A stretch of 55,887 bases of DNA from Kofleriaceae bacterium. Lineage in GTDB: Bacteria > Myxococcota_A > Polyangia > Haliangiales > Haliangiaceae. The position numbers were made by a program, and so were the translations under genes. The notes below the pieces were generated by a model. It had not been told where the DNA came from. It worked only from the letters and a program-made list of their open reading frames with translations, and did not search any database. Numbering within the stretch: position 1 is the stretch's first letter; each line of letters begins with the position of its first letter. Of the stretch, positions 20,630-29,635 are shown piece after piece. The stretch covers positions 1 through 55,887 of the forward strand of contig JBKJLC010000290.1 of assembly GCA_046597055.1 (NCBI GenBank). The letters are read 5' to 3'.

Positions 20630-22065
20630 CGTTTCTTCCCGTCGGTCGGCGCCGGTGGCGGCACATCGCCCTCGACGGTGGCGGTCGCGACCCGCGACGC
20701 ACTGGGCAGGCCTCCCAGCGCGGCCTCGACCTCGTGCAGCCGGGCGTCGTCGGTGCCGAGATCTTTCAGGTCCTTCACGTAGGTGTCGAGGTCGACCTTG
20801 CCGTCGGAGATCGCCAGCGCGCCGAGCAGCACGTCGATGATCGACTTGGGGTCTCCGACCCTGATGATGTGCTCCTTCGGGATCACCGTCGCCCACTGCG
20901 CGAGCACGACGTCGTCGGAGTAGTTCTTGTAGACCTGCTCCTGATCGGCCTGGCGCCGGCCCTGGTCGGGCGAGTAGTCGAACTCGGCGACCACGATGTC
21001 GCTGGCATCGCCGGTCTGGCCGTTGGGGGAGATCACGCCGTCGACGTGCTGGATCTCGCCCCCGATCTCGAGCTCGACCTTGAACGGGGTCGGCTGCTTG
21101 TCGGCCTCGTGAAAACTGAAGTTCCGGACCCAGACCTTGTAGCGCCCGGCCGGCGCCTTGCCCTTGGACCAGCGCACGTTCTCGACCGGCTTGGTGCTCT
21201 GGCCGCCCACGTTCATGTCGATGTCGAGCCAGCCGCCACAGCTCGACTGCTTGGCGCCGTAGTAGACGTGCTCCTTGGAGGGCGCGAGCACGTGCAGGTC
21301 GAGGTCGTTGCGGTTGTTCCAGATCAGCGACGCGCGCACGTCGACGCCATCGTACTGACCGCCGCCGCCGGTGACGCGCGCCTTGATCTCGGCGTCGATG
21401 TTCGACTTGCGCTCGGCCATCGTCTTCTGCGGGTACAGCAGGAAGACGTGAAACTTCTCCTGCAGCCGCCGGAAGGCCTCGCCAGCGTCGAGATCGGCCT
21501 CGAGGTCGTCGCCGATGATCCGCTTGACCGACGCCTTGTCGAGCTTCGGGTAGAAGCCCTCGTCACCGACGAAGAAGAAGTAGCCCTTCTTGCCGGTGCC
21601 GGCGGCCAGCTGCACCGCGTTGGTCCGGCTGTAGAAGTAGGCGGCCAGCTCGTAGCTCTCCTGGCCGGTGCCGCCGCCGCCCTCCTCGATCCAGATCCGC
21701 TGCAGGACCTCGTCGAGCCGGTTGTCGCCCTCGAACTGGCCGACCTGGAGCGGCGCGCGATCGGAGAACGCGTCGCCGATCGCGCAGAAGCTGATCCCGG
21801 GGTTCTCGGTGTAGCCCTTCAGCTCGATCTGCCCCATCAGCGCCGGCAGCTTGTCGTACATCAACTTGGTATCGTCGCCGCGCGAGCGGGTCACGTCGAG
21901 CGCGACCACGATCGGCGTGACGTTGTTGACCTCCCGCCGCTTGCCGTACGGGTTCAGCGCCGGATGGACGCTGGTCGGTCCGCTGGCGGCCGGCGCCTGG
22001 AAGGCGGCGTTGTTGCCAGAGCGATACTCCTGCGCGATGTCGAGGCTGTAGCGACCACCACCCAT
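20614..22065 (-). CDS. vWA-fold protein with inserted YfaP/DUF2135-like domain
   Basis: PIVVALDVTRSRG (MIDAS-like DxTxS), AIGD, GGGG..QESY, FFVGDE; insert SLIWNNRNDLDLHVLAP...GGWLDIDMN...PVENVRW...GRYKVWV. GGGAGA upstream of the ATG. Confidence 0.8.
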   Translation of the reverse strand: MGGGRYSLDIAQEYRSGNNAAFQAPAASGPTSVHPALNPYGKRREVNNVTPIVVALDVTRSRGDDTKLMYDKLPALMGQIELKGYTENPGISFCAIGDAFSDRAPLQVGQFEGDNRLDEVLQRIWIEEGGGGTGQESYELAAYFYSRTNAVQLAAGTGKKGYFFFVGDEGFYPKLDKASVKRIIGDDLEADLDAGEAFRRLQEKFHVFLLYPQKTMAERKSNIDAEIKARVTGGGGQYDGVDVRASLIWNNRNDLDLHVLAPSKEHVYYGAKQSSCGGWLDIDMNVGGQSTKPVENVRWSKGKAPAGRYKVWVRNFSFHEADKQPTPFKVELEIGGEIQHVDGVISPNGQTGDASDIVVAEFDYSPDQGRRQADQEQVYKNYSDDVVLAQWATVIPKEHIIRVGDPKSIIDVLLGALAISDGKVDLDTYVKDLKDLGTDDARLHEVEAALGGLPSASRVATATVEGDVPPPAPTDGKKRSVRL

Positions 22066-22106
22066 GCTGTGTTCTCCCGGTCAGAGGTCTCGGCGTGTCG
22101 GCGCGC

Positions 22107-23726
22107 TCAGAGCTCGAGCGGCACGAACTCGTGCGCGCCCCAGATCTGCGCGCGGATCTTGTCGACCTGGAGGTACAGCTCCCAGGCGTCTTGCGGCCGG
22201 CCGCCCTGCGACTCGACCGCCAGGTACTTGAGGAACCGCGCCAGCCGCGGATCCATCTCGGGCAGGGTCTTGGCGGCCGGATCGCCGCCGGCGGCGTGGA
22301 TCATCACCTTGCCGAGCGCGTACAGGTCCGACGCCGGCGTCGGCTTGCCACGCGACGCCACCTCGGGCGGGCTGTACAGCTCGTTGTGGGCCTTGAAGCC
22401 CTGCCCGGTCGTCGCCGGGTTCACCACCGCCCAGCACCAGTCGATCATCCACAACATGTGGTCGTGGGGCCGGATCAAGATGTGGGCGGGATCGAGGTTG
22501 CCGTGCAGGATGCCGTGCTTGTGGGCCCAGCCCAGGGCGGCGAGCGCGCGGCGCAGCACCCAGACCAGGTGGCGCGGCGGCAGGCCGGGCTCGCCCCGCT
22601 TGCGGCAGCGGTCGCGGACCTGGGTCAGGTCGTAGCCGTCGAGGTGATCGAACACGGTGCCGAGGCGGCCGTCGCCGGTTCGGAACTGATCGCGCGGCGG
22701 CGCGAAGTGGATGACCGGCCCACCGCCGCCCGGCGGCGCGGCCACCGCCGCGCCCGCGATCAGCATGCCGAGCACGCGGGTCTCGTGCTGGAGCAGATCG
22801 TTGTCGCTGGTCTGATCGGCGATCTTGAGCGCGACCTGCACCGGCGGCTGCGACTCGCGCACGTGACCGCCATAGACCGTGGCGATGTCACCCTGGGCCA
22901 GCGTGGACGTGATCTGGTAGGTCGCGCGCTCGGTCTTCACCGCGAACTCGACCCGGCGCGGGTTGGTCGCCCCGGCGGCGCGCCGCGCGCTCGGCGCGCG
23001 GATCGCGACCAGCGCGATCGGCTGCCAGTCGCCGTCGTCGGGCCCGATCAGGCCGCCACGATCACCGCCACCGAAGGTGGAGCGCGAGTTGTCGACCACG
23101 CGCGCCGCCGATTGATCGATGTTGACGACCTGGACCTGCGGGCCGTCGCCGCCGACCCGCAGGTGAACGTCCTGGAAGGTGTAGCGGCTCAGCTCGCCCA
23201 TCAGATCGACCACCCGCAGCTCGCCGGCGAGCTCGTGGAAGCCGGCGCGCGTCGGCGCGACCGGCACCGCCAGTACTGTGGGTCGACCCGGGAAGATCGT
23301 CGCGGTCTCGACCGGCGCGAGCGGCTCGCCCGACAGGGTCGGGGCCAGCGTGAAGCTCTCGAACGCGAGCGGGCCGTCGTTCTCGACCCGCAGCCGGACC
23401 AGCCCACGAGCGCCCACCGCGAGGTGGCGCAAGGTGGCGACATCGATCGCGATCCGGATCGACGGCGGCGGCGGTCGCTCGGGCGCGAGTTGCCCGCACG
23501 CGGCGGCGTGGGTCGCGAGCGAGACGCCGAGGCGCACGCGCAGGGTCTCGAGCTGATCTTGCTTGAGATCGTCGAGACCGCCGTCGGCGAGGAACCGCGT
23601 GAGCACCTCGCGATAGCGCGTCACCGCCTCCGGCGTCTCGACCGACGTCGGCTGGCGCGCCCCGCACGCACCGCAGAACGCGGCACCATCGCGCAGGCTG
23701 AGCTTGCACCCCACACAGTCGGCCAC
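22107..23726 (-). CDS. Zinc-ribbon plus kinase-fold protein, atypical or pseudo Ser/Thr kinase
   Basis: N-terminal CVGC...FCGACG; C-terminal LAQGDIATVY, VALK, HGNLDPAHIL, IDWCW, YSPPE, SDLYALG. Confidence 0.82.
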   Translation of the reverse strand: MADCVGCKLSLRDGAAFCGACGARQPTSVETPEAVTRYREVLTRFLADGGLDDLKQDQLETLRVRLGVSLATHAAACGQLAPERPPPPSIRIAIDVATLRHLAVGARGLVRLRVENDGPLAFESFTLAPTLSGEPLAPVETATIFPGRPTVLAVPVAPTRAGFHELAGELRVVDLMGELSRYTFQDVHLRVGGDGPQVQVVNIDQSAARVVDNSRSTFGGGDRGGLIGPDDGDWQPIALVAIRAPSARRAAGATNPRRVEFAVKTERATYQITSTLAQGDIATVYGGHVRESQPPVQVALKIADQTSDNDLLQHETRVLGMLIAGAAVAAPPGGGGPVIHFAPPRDQFRTGDGRLGTVFDHLDGYDLTQVRDRCRKRGEPGLPPRHLVWVLRRALAALGWAHKHGILHGNLDPAHILIRPHDHMLWMIDWCWAVVNPATTGQGFKAHNELYSPPEVASRGKPTPASDLYALGKVMIHAAGGDPAAKTLPEMDPRLARFLKYLAVESQGGRPQDAWELYLQVDKIRAQIWGAHEFVPLEL

Positions 23727-23815
23727 GGCCGAGCGTTACACGAAGGAAGGCCTGCGTGCCCACCGGATCGCGGCAGCGCTTGGGGTATCGTGGTGACCAG
23801 GGGGGCACGACGACG

Positions 23816-25984
23816 ATGCCGGACACCACACCTTGCCCGCAGTGCGGGAGCGCCACCGACGCCGGCGCCAGCTTCTGCGCGGCCTGCGGCGCCAGCACGG
23901 CCGCGCACATGCAGTGCCCGAGCTGCAACAGCCTCAACCCGATGGGCAACCGGTTCTGCAACCGGTGCGGCGGCTCGCTCGAGCACGCCGGCTGGGCCGG
24001 TCAGCCCGCCACCAGCGGGGTCGTCGACGGTGTGTGGGAGCGCGGCGGCGACGAGCTGATCCGCCGGGTCGATCCCGAGGACGCGCGGCGCTACCTCGGC
24101 ACCCGCGCCGTCCGGGTGCCGGCCGGCACCGTCGGCGTGGTCCTGGTCGACGGCGTGGTCGAGCGCATCCTGCCGCCCGGCGAGCGCACCACCATCGGCG
24201 TATTCGAGCGCATCGCCAACTTCTTCCTCGGCCGCGACCGCACCGCCTTCTACCTGGTCGATCAGCGCACGTTTCCGGTGCCGTTCGTGGTGCAGACCCG
24301 ACCGAGCCCCTCCGGCCACGTGGTGAAGACCCAGGTGCTGGTCACGTTCACGCTGCCGCGCGGCGATCGCGCGGCGCTCGGCAACTTCATCGCCAACGTG
24401 CTCGGGCCGCGGCCGGCGTTCTCGACCGGCGACCTCTACAACCTGTTGCGGCCCGAGGTGGTCCGGGTCGCGCAGGAGGCGCTCGAGCGCGCGGTCGCGG
24501 TCAGCCCCGACGGCCAGATCTCGTATCCCGACGTCGAGGCGGCGATCCGCGCGACCCTGACCGGCGTGGTCGGCCCGCACTACGGGCTCACCGTCGACGC
24601 CACGGTCGCCCCGCTGACGCGGGTGGCCAGCCTGGCGGTGCGGCTCGGCACCGGCGCGGCGCCGCGGGTGCGGCCGTGCGCCAGCTGCCGTCGCGAGCTG
24701 CCGATCTCGCTCCGCTTCTGCGACGCGTGTGGCGGCAAGCAGCCCAGCTTCGTGGTCGGCGGCGACCCCACCGATCAGACGCCGCTGTTCACCGCCGACG
24801 CCCAGCAGATCGAGCTCGAGCTGGTGGTGCGGGTCCAGGGCCAGCACGACGACTTCGGCGCGGACGCGGTCGCGCCCGCGCTGGTCGGCGCCGCCCAGGC
24901 CCACCTGCGCGCGACCGACTTCGCGACCCTGACCGGGCCCGGCGGCTTCGGCGCGCTCGAGCAGGCGATGGCGCCGGCGACGGTGGCGGCGCTGGCCAGC
25001 CTTGGCCTGACCCTGGTCGCGGTCGCGGTGGTCGACGCCCGCACCAAGACCGGCAACTGGCTCTTGTCGGCGCGGGCTGACCTCGACCGCGCCCGCGAGG
25101 ACGTGCGGCTCGGGCGGTCGTGGCTCGAGCAGCGCGACACCGAGCTCGATCTCGAGGCGCTGACCCTGACCCGGATCCTGCGCGAGCAGCGGCTGCATCG
25201 CGACCAGGCGTTCGCCCGCGACGACGAGGCCGCCGCCGACCGCGAGCGCCGCGATGGCCTCGCCGCCCGCGACGCCACCCTCGCGGTGGCGGCCGCGCAG
25301 CGCGCCGGCGCGACCCGGACCGCGGTCGACCAGGTCGAGCAGGACCGGCAGCGGCGCGAGCTCGCGCACGCCACCGAGCTGCGCCGCACCAAGGTGCAGG
25401 CCGAGCTCGACGAGCTCACCGCCCGGCGCGACCTCGACTTCGCCGACGGCGAGCGGCGCAAGCGGCTCGAGCTCGAGCTGGCGGCGGTCGCCGAGGCCCA
25501 GCAGCTCGACAAGCTGCGCGCGATGGCCGAGCTCGACCGCCAGACCACTGCGCAGGAGCAGGCCCACGAGCTCGAGAAGCGGCGGATGCTGCAGGGCCTC
25601 ACGCCCGACGAGATGATCGCGCTCCAGGCGGCCGAGCTGGCCCGCACCGAGGGCGGGGGTGCGGCGTGGGCCAACATCCTCGCTCAGCGCGCGAACGCCG
25701 AGACCGAGCGTCGCCACGCCGACGACACCCGCGGGCTGCTCGAGCGGCAGCAGGCGCACACGACCGCGCTGGCCGACAAGGCGATGGGCTCGATGGCCGA
25801 GGTCGCGCGGTCGCGGGCCGAGGCGGCGCCGGTGATCGCCGGCGGGGTTGGCGCCCCGGTGGTCACCGTCGCCACCGGCAGCGGCACCGCCACCGCGGCG
25901 CCGGCGCGCCCGTGCAAGGCGTGCGGCGCCGGGCTCAAGGCCGACGCCGGCTTCTGCGGCGCGTGCGGCGCGTCGCACGGGTGA
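23816..25984 (+). CDS. Multi-zinc-ribbon, SPFH/band-7-like, coiled-coil protein
   Basis: Four zinc-ribbon motifs (two N-terminal, one internal, one C-terminal); VRVPAGTVGVVLVDG...LPPG SPFH-like start; long Glu/Arg/Ala-rich coiled coil. The SPFH call is by resemblance only. Confidence 0.7.
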   Translation: MPDTTPCPQCGSATDAGASFCAACGASTAAHMQCPSCNSLNPMGNRFCNRCGGSLEHAGWAGQPATSGVVDGVWERGGDELIRRVDPEDARRYLGTRAVRVPAGTVGVVLVDGVVERILPPGERTTIGVFERIANFFLGRDRTAFYLVDQRTFPVPFVVQTRPSPSGHVVKTQVLVTFTLPRGDRAALGNFIANVLGPRPAFSTGDLYNLLRPEVVRVAQEALERAVAVSPDGQISYPDVEAAIRATLTGVVGPHYGLTVDATVAPLTRVASLAVRLGTGAAPRVRPCASCRRELPISLRFCDACGGKQPSFVVGGDPTDQTPLFTADAQQIELELVVRVQGQHDDFGADAVAPALVGAAQAHLRATDFATLTGPGGFGALEQAMAPATVAALASLGLTLVAVAVVDARTKTGNWLLSARADLDRAREDVRLGRSWLEQRDTELDLEALTLTRILREQRLHRDQAFARDDEAAADRERRDGLAARDATLAVAAAQRAGATRTAVDQVEQDRQRRELAHATELRRTKVQAELDELTARRDLDFADGERRKRLELELAAVAEAQQLDKLRAMAELDRQTTAQEQAHELEKRRMLQGLTPDEMIALQAAELARTEGGGAAWANILAQRANAETERRHADDTRGLLERQQAHTTALADKAMGSMAEVARSRAEAAPVIAGGVGAPVVTVATGSGTATAAPARPCKACGAGLKADAGFCGACGASHG

Positions 25985-27246
25985 GCCCGCGGATCCAGGT
26001 CGTCGTCGGGCTCGGCTTCGGCGACGAGGGCAAGGGCACCGTGGTCGACTGGCTGGCGCGGCAAGCGGCCACGCCGCCGCTGGTGGTGCGCTGGAACGGC
26101 GGCCCCCAGGCCATGCACCACGTCGTCACCGATGACGGCCGCACCCACTGCTTCGCGCAGCTCGGCGCCGGCTCGTTCGTCGCGGGTGCCCGCACGCACC
26201 TCGGGCCCGCGATGGCGGTCGATCCGTACGCGCTGCACGCCGAGGCGGCGGCGCTGGCCGCGGTCGGCGTCGCCGGCGCGCTCGCGACGGTGACCCTCGA
26301 TCCGCGCGCGATCCTGGTCACGCCGTGGCACGCGATCGTCAATCGCATCCGCGAGCTGCTGCGCGGCGACGCTCGTCATGGCTCCACCGGCCGCGGCGTG
26401 GCCGAGGCCAAGCTCGGCCCGGTGACGGTGGTCGCCGGCCAGATCGGTCGCGACCTGGCCGATGACGTCGCGCGCCTGCGCGGCGCGCTCGCCGATCAGG
26501 CCGCCGCGCTGATCGCGGCGCACCCGGCCCCGACCGCGGCGGCCCGCGGGCTGGCCGCCCGCGCTGCCGATCCCGACCTGGTCGCCGCCTTCCTCGACGC
26601 GTCCCACGCGCTGGCCCGGACCGGCGTCGCGATCACCGCCGACGTCCCGCGCGCCGCGCACGTCATCCTCGAGGGCGCGCACGGCGCCCTGCTCGATCAA
26701 GATCACGGCTTCTTTCCGCACGTCACGCCGAGCCGGGTCACCCGCGCCGCGGCCGAGGACGCCGCGCGCGCGATGGGGCTGGCCGGCTCGCTCGAGGTCT
26801 GGGGCGTGCTCCGCGGGTATCACACCCGCCACGGCGAGGGCCCGTTCCCATCGCAGGCGCCCGACCTCCACGCCCGGCTGCCCGAGCGCCACAACCCGAG
26901 CGACGGCTGGCCCGGCGCCTTCCGGGTCGGCTGGTTCGACCGCGTGCTCGCCCGCCACGCGCTCGGGTTCGCCGGCCCGATCGACCGACTGGCGGTCACC
27001 TGCCTCGATCGCCTGGCTGCGCTGGATGGCGTCCAGGTCGCCACCGCCTGGCAGACCCACGCCGGCCCGCTCGCGGATCTTGGCGCGGTTCCGTCCGGAC
27101 ACCGGACAGCCGTCGCCGCCACCGCCACGCCCGTCCTGCGCCCGGTGTCCGATGCGGCCGCCGCGATCGCCGCCCTGCTCGACCGGCCGATCGACCTGGC
27201 GTCATGGGGCCCGACCGCGTCGGCCAAGCGCGATCAGCGCCGGTAG
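25981..27246 (+). CDS. Divergent adenylosuccinate synthetase (PurA)-like ligase
   Basis: GTG start overlaps the upstream TGA (GTGA). VVGLGFGDEGKG, VVRWNGGPQAMH, HGSTGRG, ILEGAHGALLDQDHGFFPHVT, YHTRHGEGPFPS, RVGWFD, TCLD, SWGP. Confidence 0.88.
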   Translation: MSPRIQVVVGLGFGDEGKGTVVDWLARQAATPPLVVRWNGGPQAMHHVVTDDGRTHCFAQLGAGSFVAGARTHLGPAMAVDPYALHAEAAALAAVGVAGALATVTLDPRAILVTPWHAIVNRIRELLRGDARHGSTGRGVAEAKLGPVTVVAGQIGRDLADDVARLRGALADQAAALIAAHPAPTAAARGLAARAADPDLVAAFLDASHALARTGVAITADVPRAAHVILEGAHGALLDQDHGFFPHVTPSRVTRAAAEDAARAMGLAGSLEVWGVLRGYHTRHGEGPFPSQAPDLHARLPERHNPSDGWPGAFRVGWFDRVLARHALGFAGPIDRLAVTCLDRLAALDGVQVATAWQTHAGPLADLGAVPSGHRTAVAATATPVLRPVSDAAAAIAALLDRPIDLASWGPTASAKRDQRR

Positions 27247-28304
27247 AACATCGCGATCTGATCGACCACGTAGGCCTCGGCACCGGCCGCCATCGCGGGA
27301 TGGATCGGCAGCGCCAGCAGCTCGGCGCACGCCCGCTCGGCCACCGGGAGCGAGCCCCCGCGGTAGCCGAGGTCGGCGAAGCACGGCTGCAGGTGCAGCG
27401 GCTCCGGGTAGTAGATCTCGGTCCCGATCCCGGCGTCGGCCAGGGCGCGGCGCAGCGCGTCGCGGCGCGGCGCCCGGATCACGAACTGGTGATAGACGTG
27501 GTCCGGGTGGGCGGCTGGCAGCCGGAGCTCGGGCGGCACCCCCGCCGCCGCCAGCAGCTCCCGGTAACGCGCGGCCCGCGCCTGCCGGGCCGCGGTCCAC
27601 GCCGGCAGGTGCGGGAGCTTCGCGCGCAGCACGGCGGCCTGCAGGGCGTCGAGCCGGAAGTTCCCGCCGACCAGGGCGTGGTGGTACTTCGGGCGCGCGC
27701 CGTGGCCGCGCAGCAGCGCGATCCGATCGGCCAGCGCGGCGTCGTCGGTGACCACCGCCCCGGCGTCGCCGATCGCCCCGAGGTTCTTGGTCGGAAAGAA
27801 CGACAGCGCCGCCGCGACCCCGCGCAGCGGCGTCCCGACCAGGCTGTGCGCGGCATCCTCGACCACCGGGCAGGGCGCGGCCGGCACCTCGGCCGGGCGA
27901 CCGTGCAGGTGCACGGTCACGATCGCGCGGGTCCGCGCGCCGCAGGCGGCCCGGGCCGCACCGGCTGGCAGGGTCAGGGTCTCGTCGTCGACGTCGACGA
28001 AGACCAGCCGCGCCCCCAGCCGCGCCGCAGCCCCGGCGGTCGCGAAGAACGTCAGCGGCGTGGTGACCACCTCGTCGCCGGGGCCGATCCCGAGCGCCAT
28101 CAAGATCGCGAGCAAGGCGTCGGTCCCCGACCCGGTCCCGACCGCGCGCTGACACCCGGCCGCCGCCGCCAGCTCCCGCTCGAAGCCCTCGACCTCGGGG
28201 CCGCCGATCAACACCCCGGCGTCGAGGACCCGGGCGACCGCGGCGTCGATCGCCGGTCGGAGCCCGGCGAGCTCGGCCGGCATGTCGAACAGCGGCACGC
28301 GCAC
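27234..28304 (-). CDS. DegT/DnrJ/EryC1/StrS PLP-dependent aminotransferase
   Basis: SGTDAL, GPGDEV, EDAAHS, SFFPTKNLGAIGDAG, GGNFRLDALQAA; convergent 13-bp overlap with the PurA-like gene. Confidence 0.93.
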   Translation of the reverse strand: MRVPLFDMPAELAGLRPAIDAAVARVLDAGVLIGGPEVEGFERELAAAAGCQRAVGTGSGTDALLAILMALGIGPGDEVVTTPLTFFATAGAAARLGARLVFVDVDDETLTLPAGAARAACGARTRAIVTVHLHGRPAEVPAAPCPVVEDAAHSLVGTPLRGVAAALSFFPTKNLGAIGDAGAVVTDDAALADRIALLRGHGARPKYHHALVGGNFRLDALQAAVLRAKLPHLPAWTAARQARAARYRELLAAAGVPPELRLPAAHPDHVYHQFVIRAPRRDALRRALADAGIGTEIYYPEPLHLQPCFADLGYRGGSLPVAERACAELLALPIHPAMAAGAEAYVVDQIAMFYRR

Positions 28305-28420
28305 AGCCGCGGGCGTAGCACATCGGCCCCGGCCGTGCCGCCACCCGAGCCTGGCTCACGGCGGGTGCGGGCGCCCATCGGCCCCCCACCGGCCCCGGGT
28401 TGCGATAGCGTCTCGGGGTC

Positions 28421-28798
28421 ATGTCGGATTCCAGGTGCATGGTCTTCTTCCGGTCCGGCTCGATCACGCTCGATGATGCGGCGCGCCGACTCGCGGCGGC
28501 CGGCCTGCGCGTCGATCGCACCGGCGATCAGCTATCGGTGCAGTGGAACGCGGGCCCCATCCTGCGCATCCGCTACGCACAGGACGCCAAGGTCACCGCC
28601 GAGGCCCGCCAGATCGGCGCGAGCTCGCGCCACGCCACGGCCATGGCCGACTGTGACGCGCGGTTCGAGGTGAGCTTCGATGACCTCGCGGTGGTGCTCG
28701 ACGAGGTCAACACCCTCATCGAGGTGCAGATGACGCTGCAGGAGGCGACCCGCGGCTTCCTGTTCACCGCGTGGAACAAGGCGCTGACCGCCTCCTAG
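28421..28798 (+). CDS. Small hypothetical protein (125 aa)
   Basis: Protein-like composition; fills the gap between flanking genes. Confidence 0.6.
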   Translation: MSDSRCMVFFRSGSITLDDAARRLAAAGLRVDRTGDQLSVQWNAGPILRIRYAQDAKVTAEARQIGASSRHATAMADCDARFEVSFDDLAVVLDEVNTLIEVQMTLQEATRGFLFTAWNKALTAS

Positions 28799-28810
28799 CC
28801 TCGCCTGGCG

Positions 28811-29635
28811 TCACGCGCCGACGGCCGGGACCGTCGTCAGGGCCTCGCGCCACTCGCCCTTGTGAGCGAAGACCCGGCGCGAGGCCAGCACGAACCCGTC
28901 CGCCTCCCAGGTCCGCACCTCGATCTGGATCGAATCGCGCGCCACCTGGATCAGGTTGTAGCTGTTGGGCTCGCCGCGGATGCGGGTCGAGACCGAGGTC
29001 CCGCACTGCACGGCGATCATCGACCGCGTCTTCGGGTGGAAGTTCCGGACATCGCCGGCGAAGCCCTTGTGGAGATGACCGGCGAGCAGCAGGTCGACCC
29101 CGCCGGCATCGAGCACCTCGAGCGCCCGCGCCGCGTGATCGACCAGATCGGCGTCCTGGTCGCCGGCGGGCGCGATGAACGGATGATGGGTGACGATCAC
29201 CTTGAACAGCGACGCCGGCAGCCCGGCCAGCTCGCGCCGCAGCGCGTCGAGCTGTGCGCGCGAGATGCGACCGTCCTTGATCGTCAGCGCGTGCGCCGTG
29301 TTGATCCCGAAGATCGCGAGCTCGGCGTCGCGGTAGATCGGGCTCAGATCGTCGGTGATGTGACGCCGGTAGCGCGTGAGCGGCTGCAGGAACCGGCGGG
29401 CCAGATCGTACAGCGGGATGTCGTGGTTGCCTGGCACCACCAGGTACGGCGCCGGCAGCTGGTCGAGGAACCGACGGGCAGCCGCGAACTGCGCCGACTT
29501 CGCCCGCTGGGTGAGATCGCCGCTCACCACCACCACCGACGGCGCCTGGGCGCGCAGCTCGCGCAGCAGTCCTTCGACGATCGCGGGCTCCTCGTGGCCG
29601 AAGTGCAGATCGGAGATGTGGGCGATCGATCTCAT
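28811..29635 (-). CDS. Calcineurin-like metallophosphoesterase (CpdA-like)
   Basis: HISDLHFG, SGDLTQ, PGNHD, THHP, LAGHLH. Confidence 0.92.
   Translation of the reverse strand: MRSIAHISDLHFGHEEPAIVEGLLRELRAQAPSVVVVSGDLTQRAKSAQFAAARRFLDQLPAPYLVVPGNHDIPLYDLARRFLQPLTRYRRHITDDLSPIYRDAELAIFGINTAHALTIKDGRISRAQLDALRRELAGLPASLFKVIVTHHPFIAPAGDQDADLVDHAARALEVLDAGGVDLLLAGHLHKGFAGDVRNFHPKTRSMIAVQCGTSVSTRIRGEPNSYNLIQVARDSIQIEVRTWEADGFVLASRRVFAHKGEWREALTTVPAVGA

Noticed and set aside
20614..23726. TerY-P triad (vWA, PP2C, kinase)
   Set aside because: No PP2C phosphatase or ter genes are adjacent, and the kinase is non-canonical.
25981..27246. PurZ (Z-genome) or housekeeping purA assignment
   Set aside because: It keeps the Asp in GDEGKG, unlike PurZ, and has no phage, datZ or mazZ context. 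It lacks the TTGR aspartate loop of true PurA, so no gene symbol is given.
27234..28304. DegT aminotransferase as a fifth member of the PurA-like module
   Set aside because: It is convergent and looks like an ordinary family member; only adjacency supports a link. Synteny data could reverse this.
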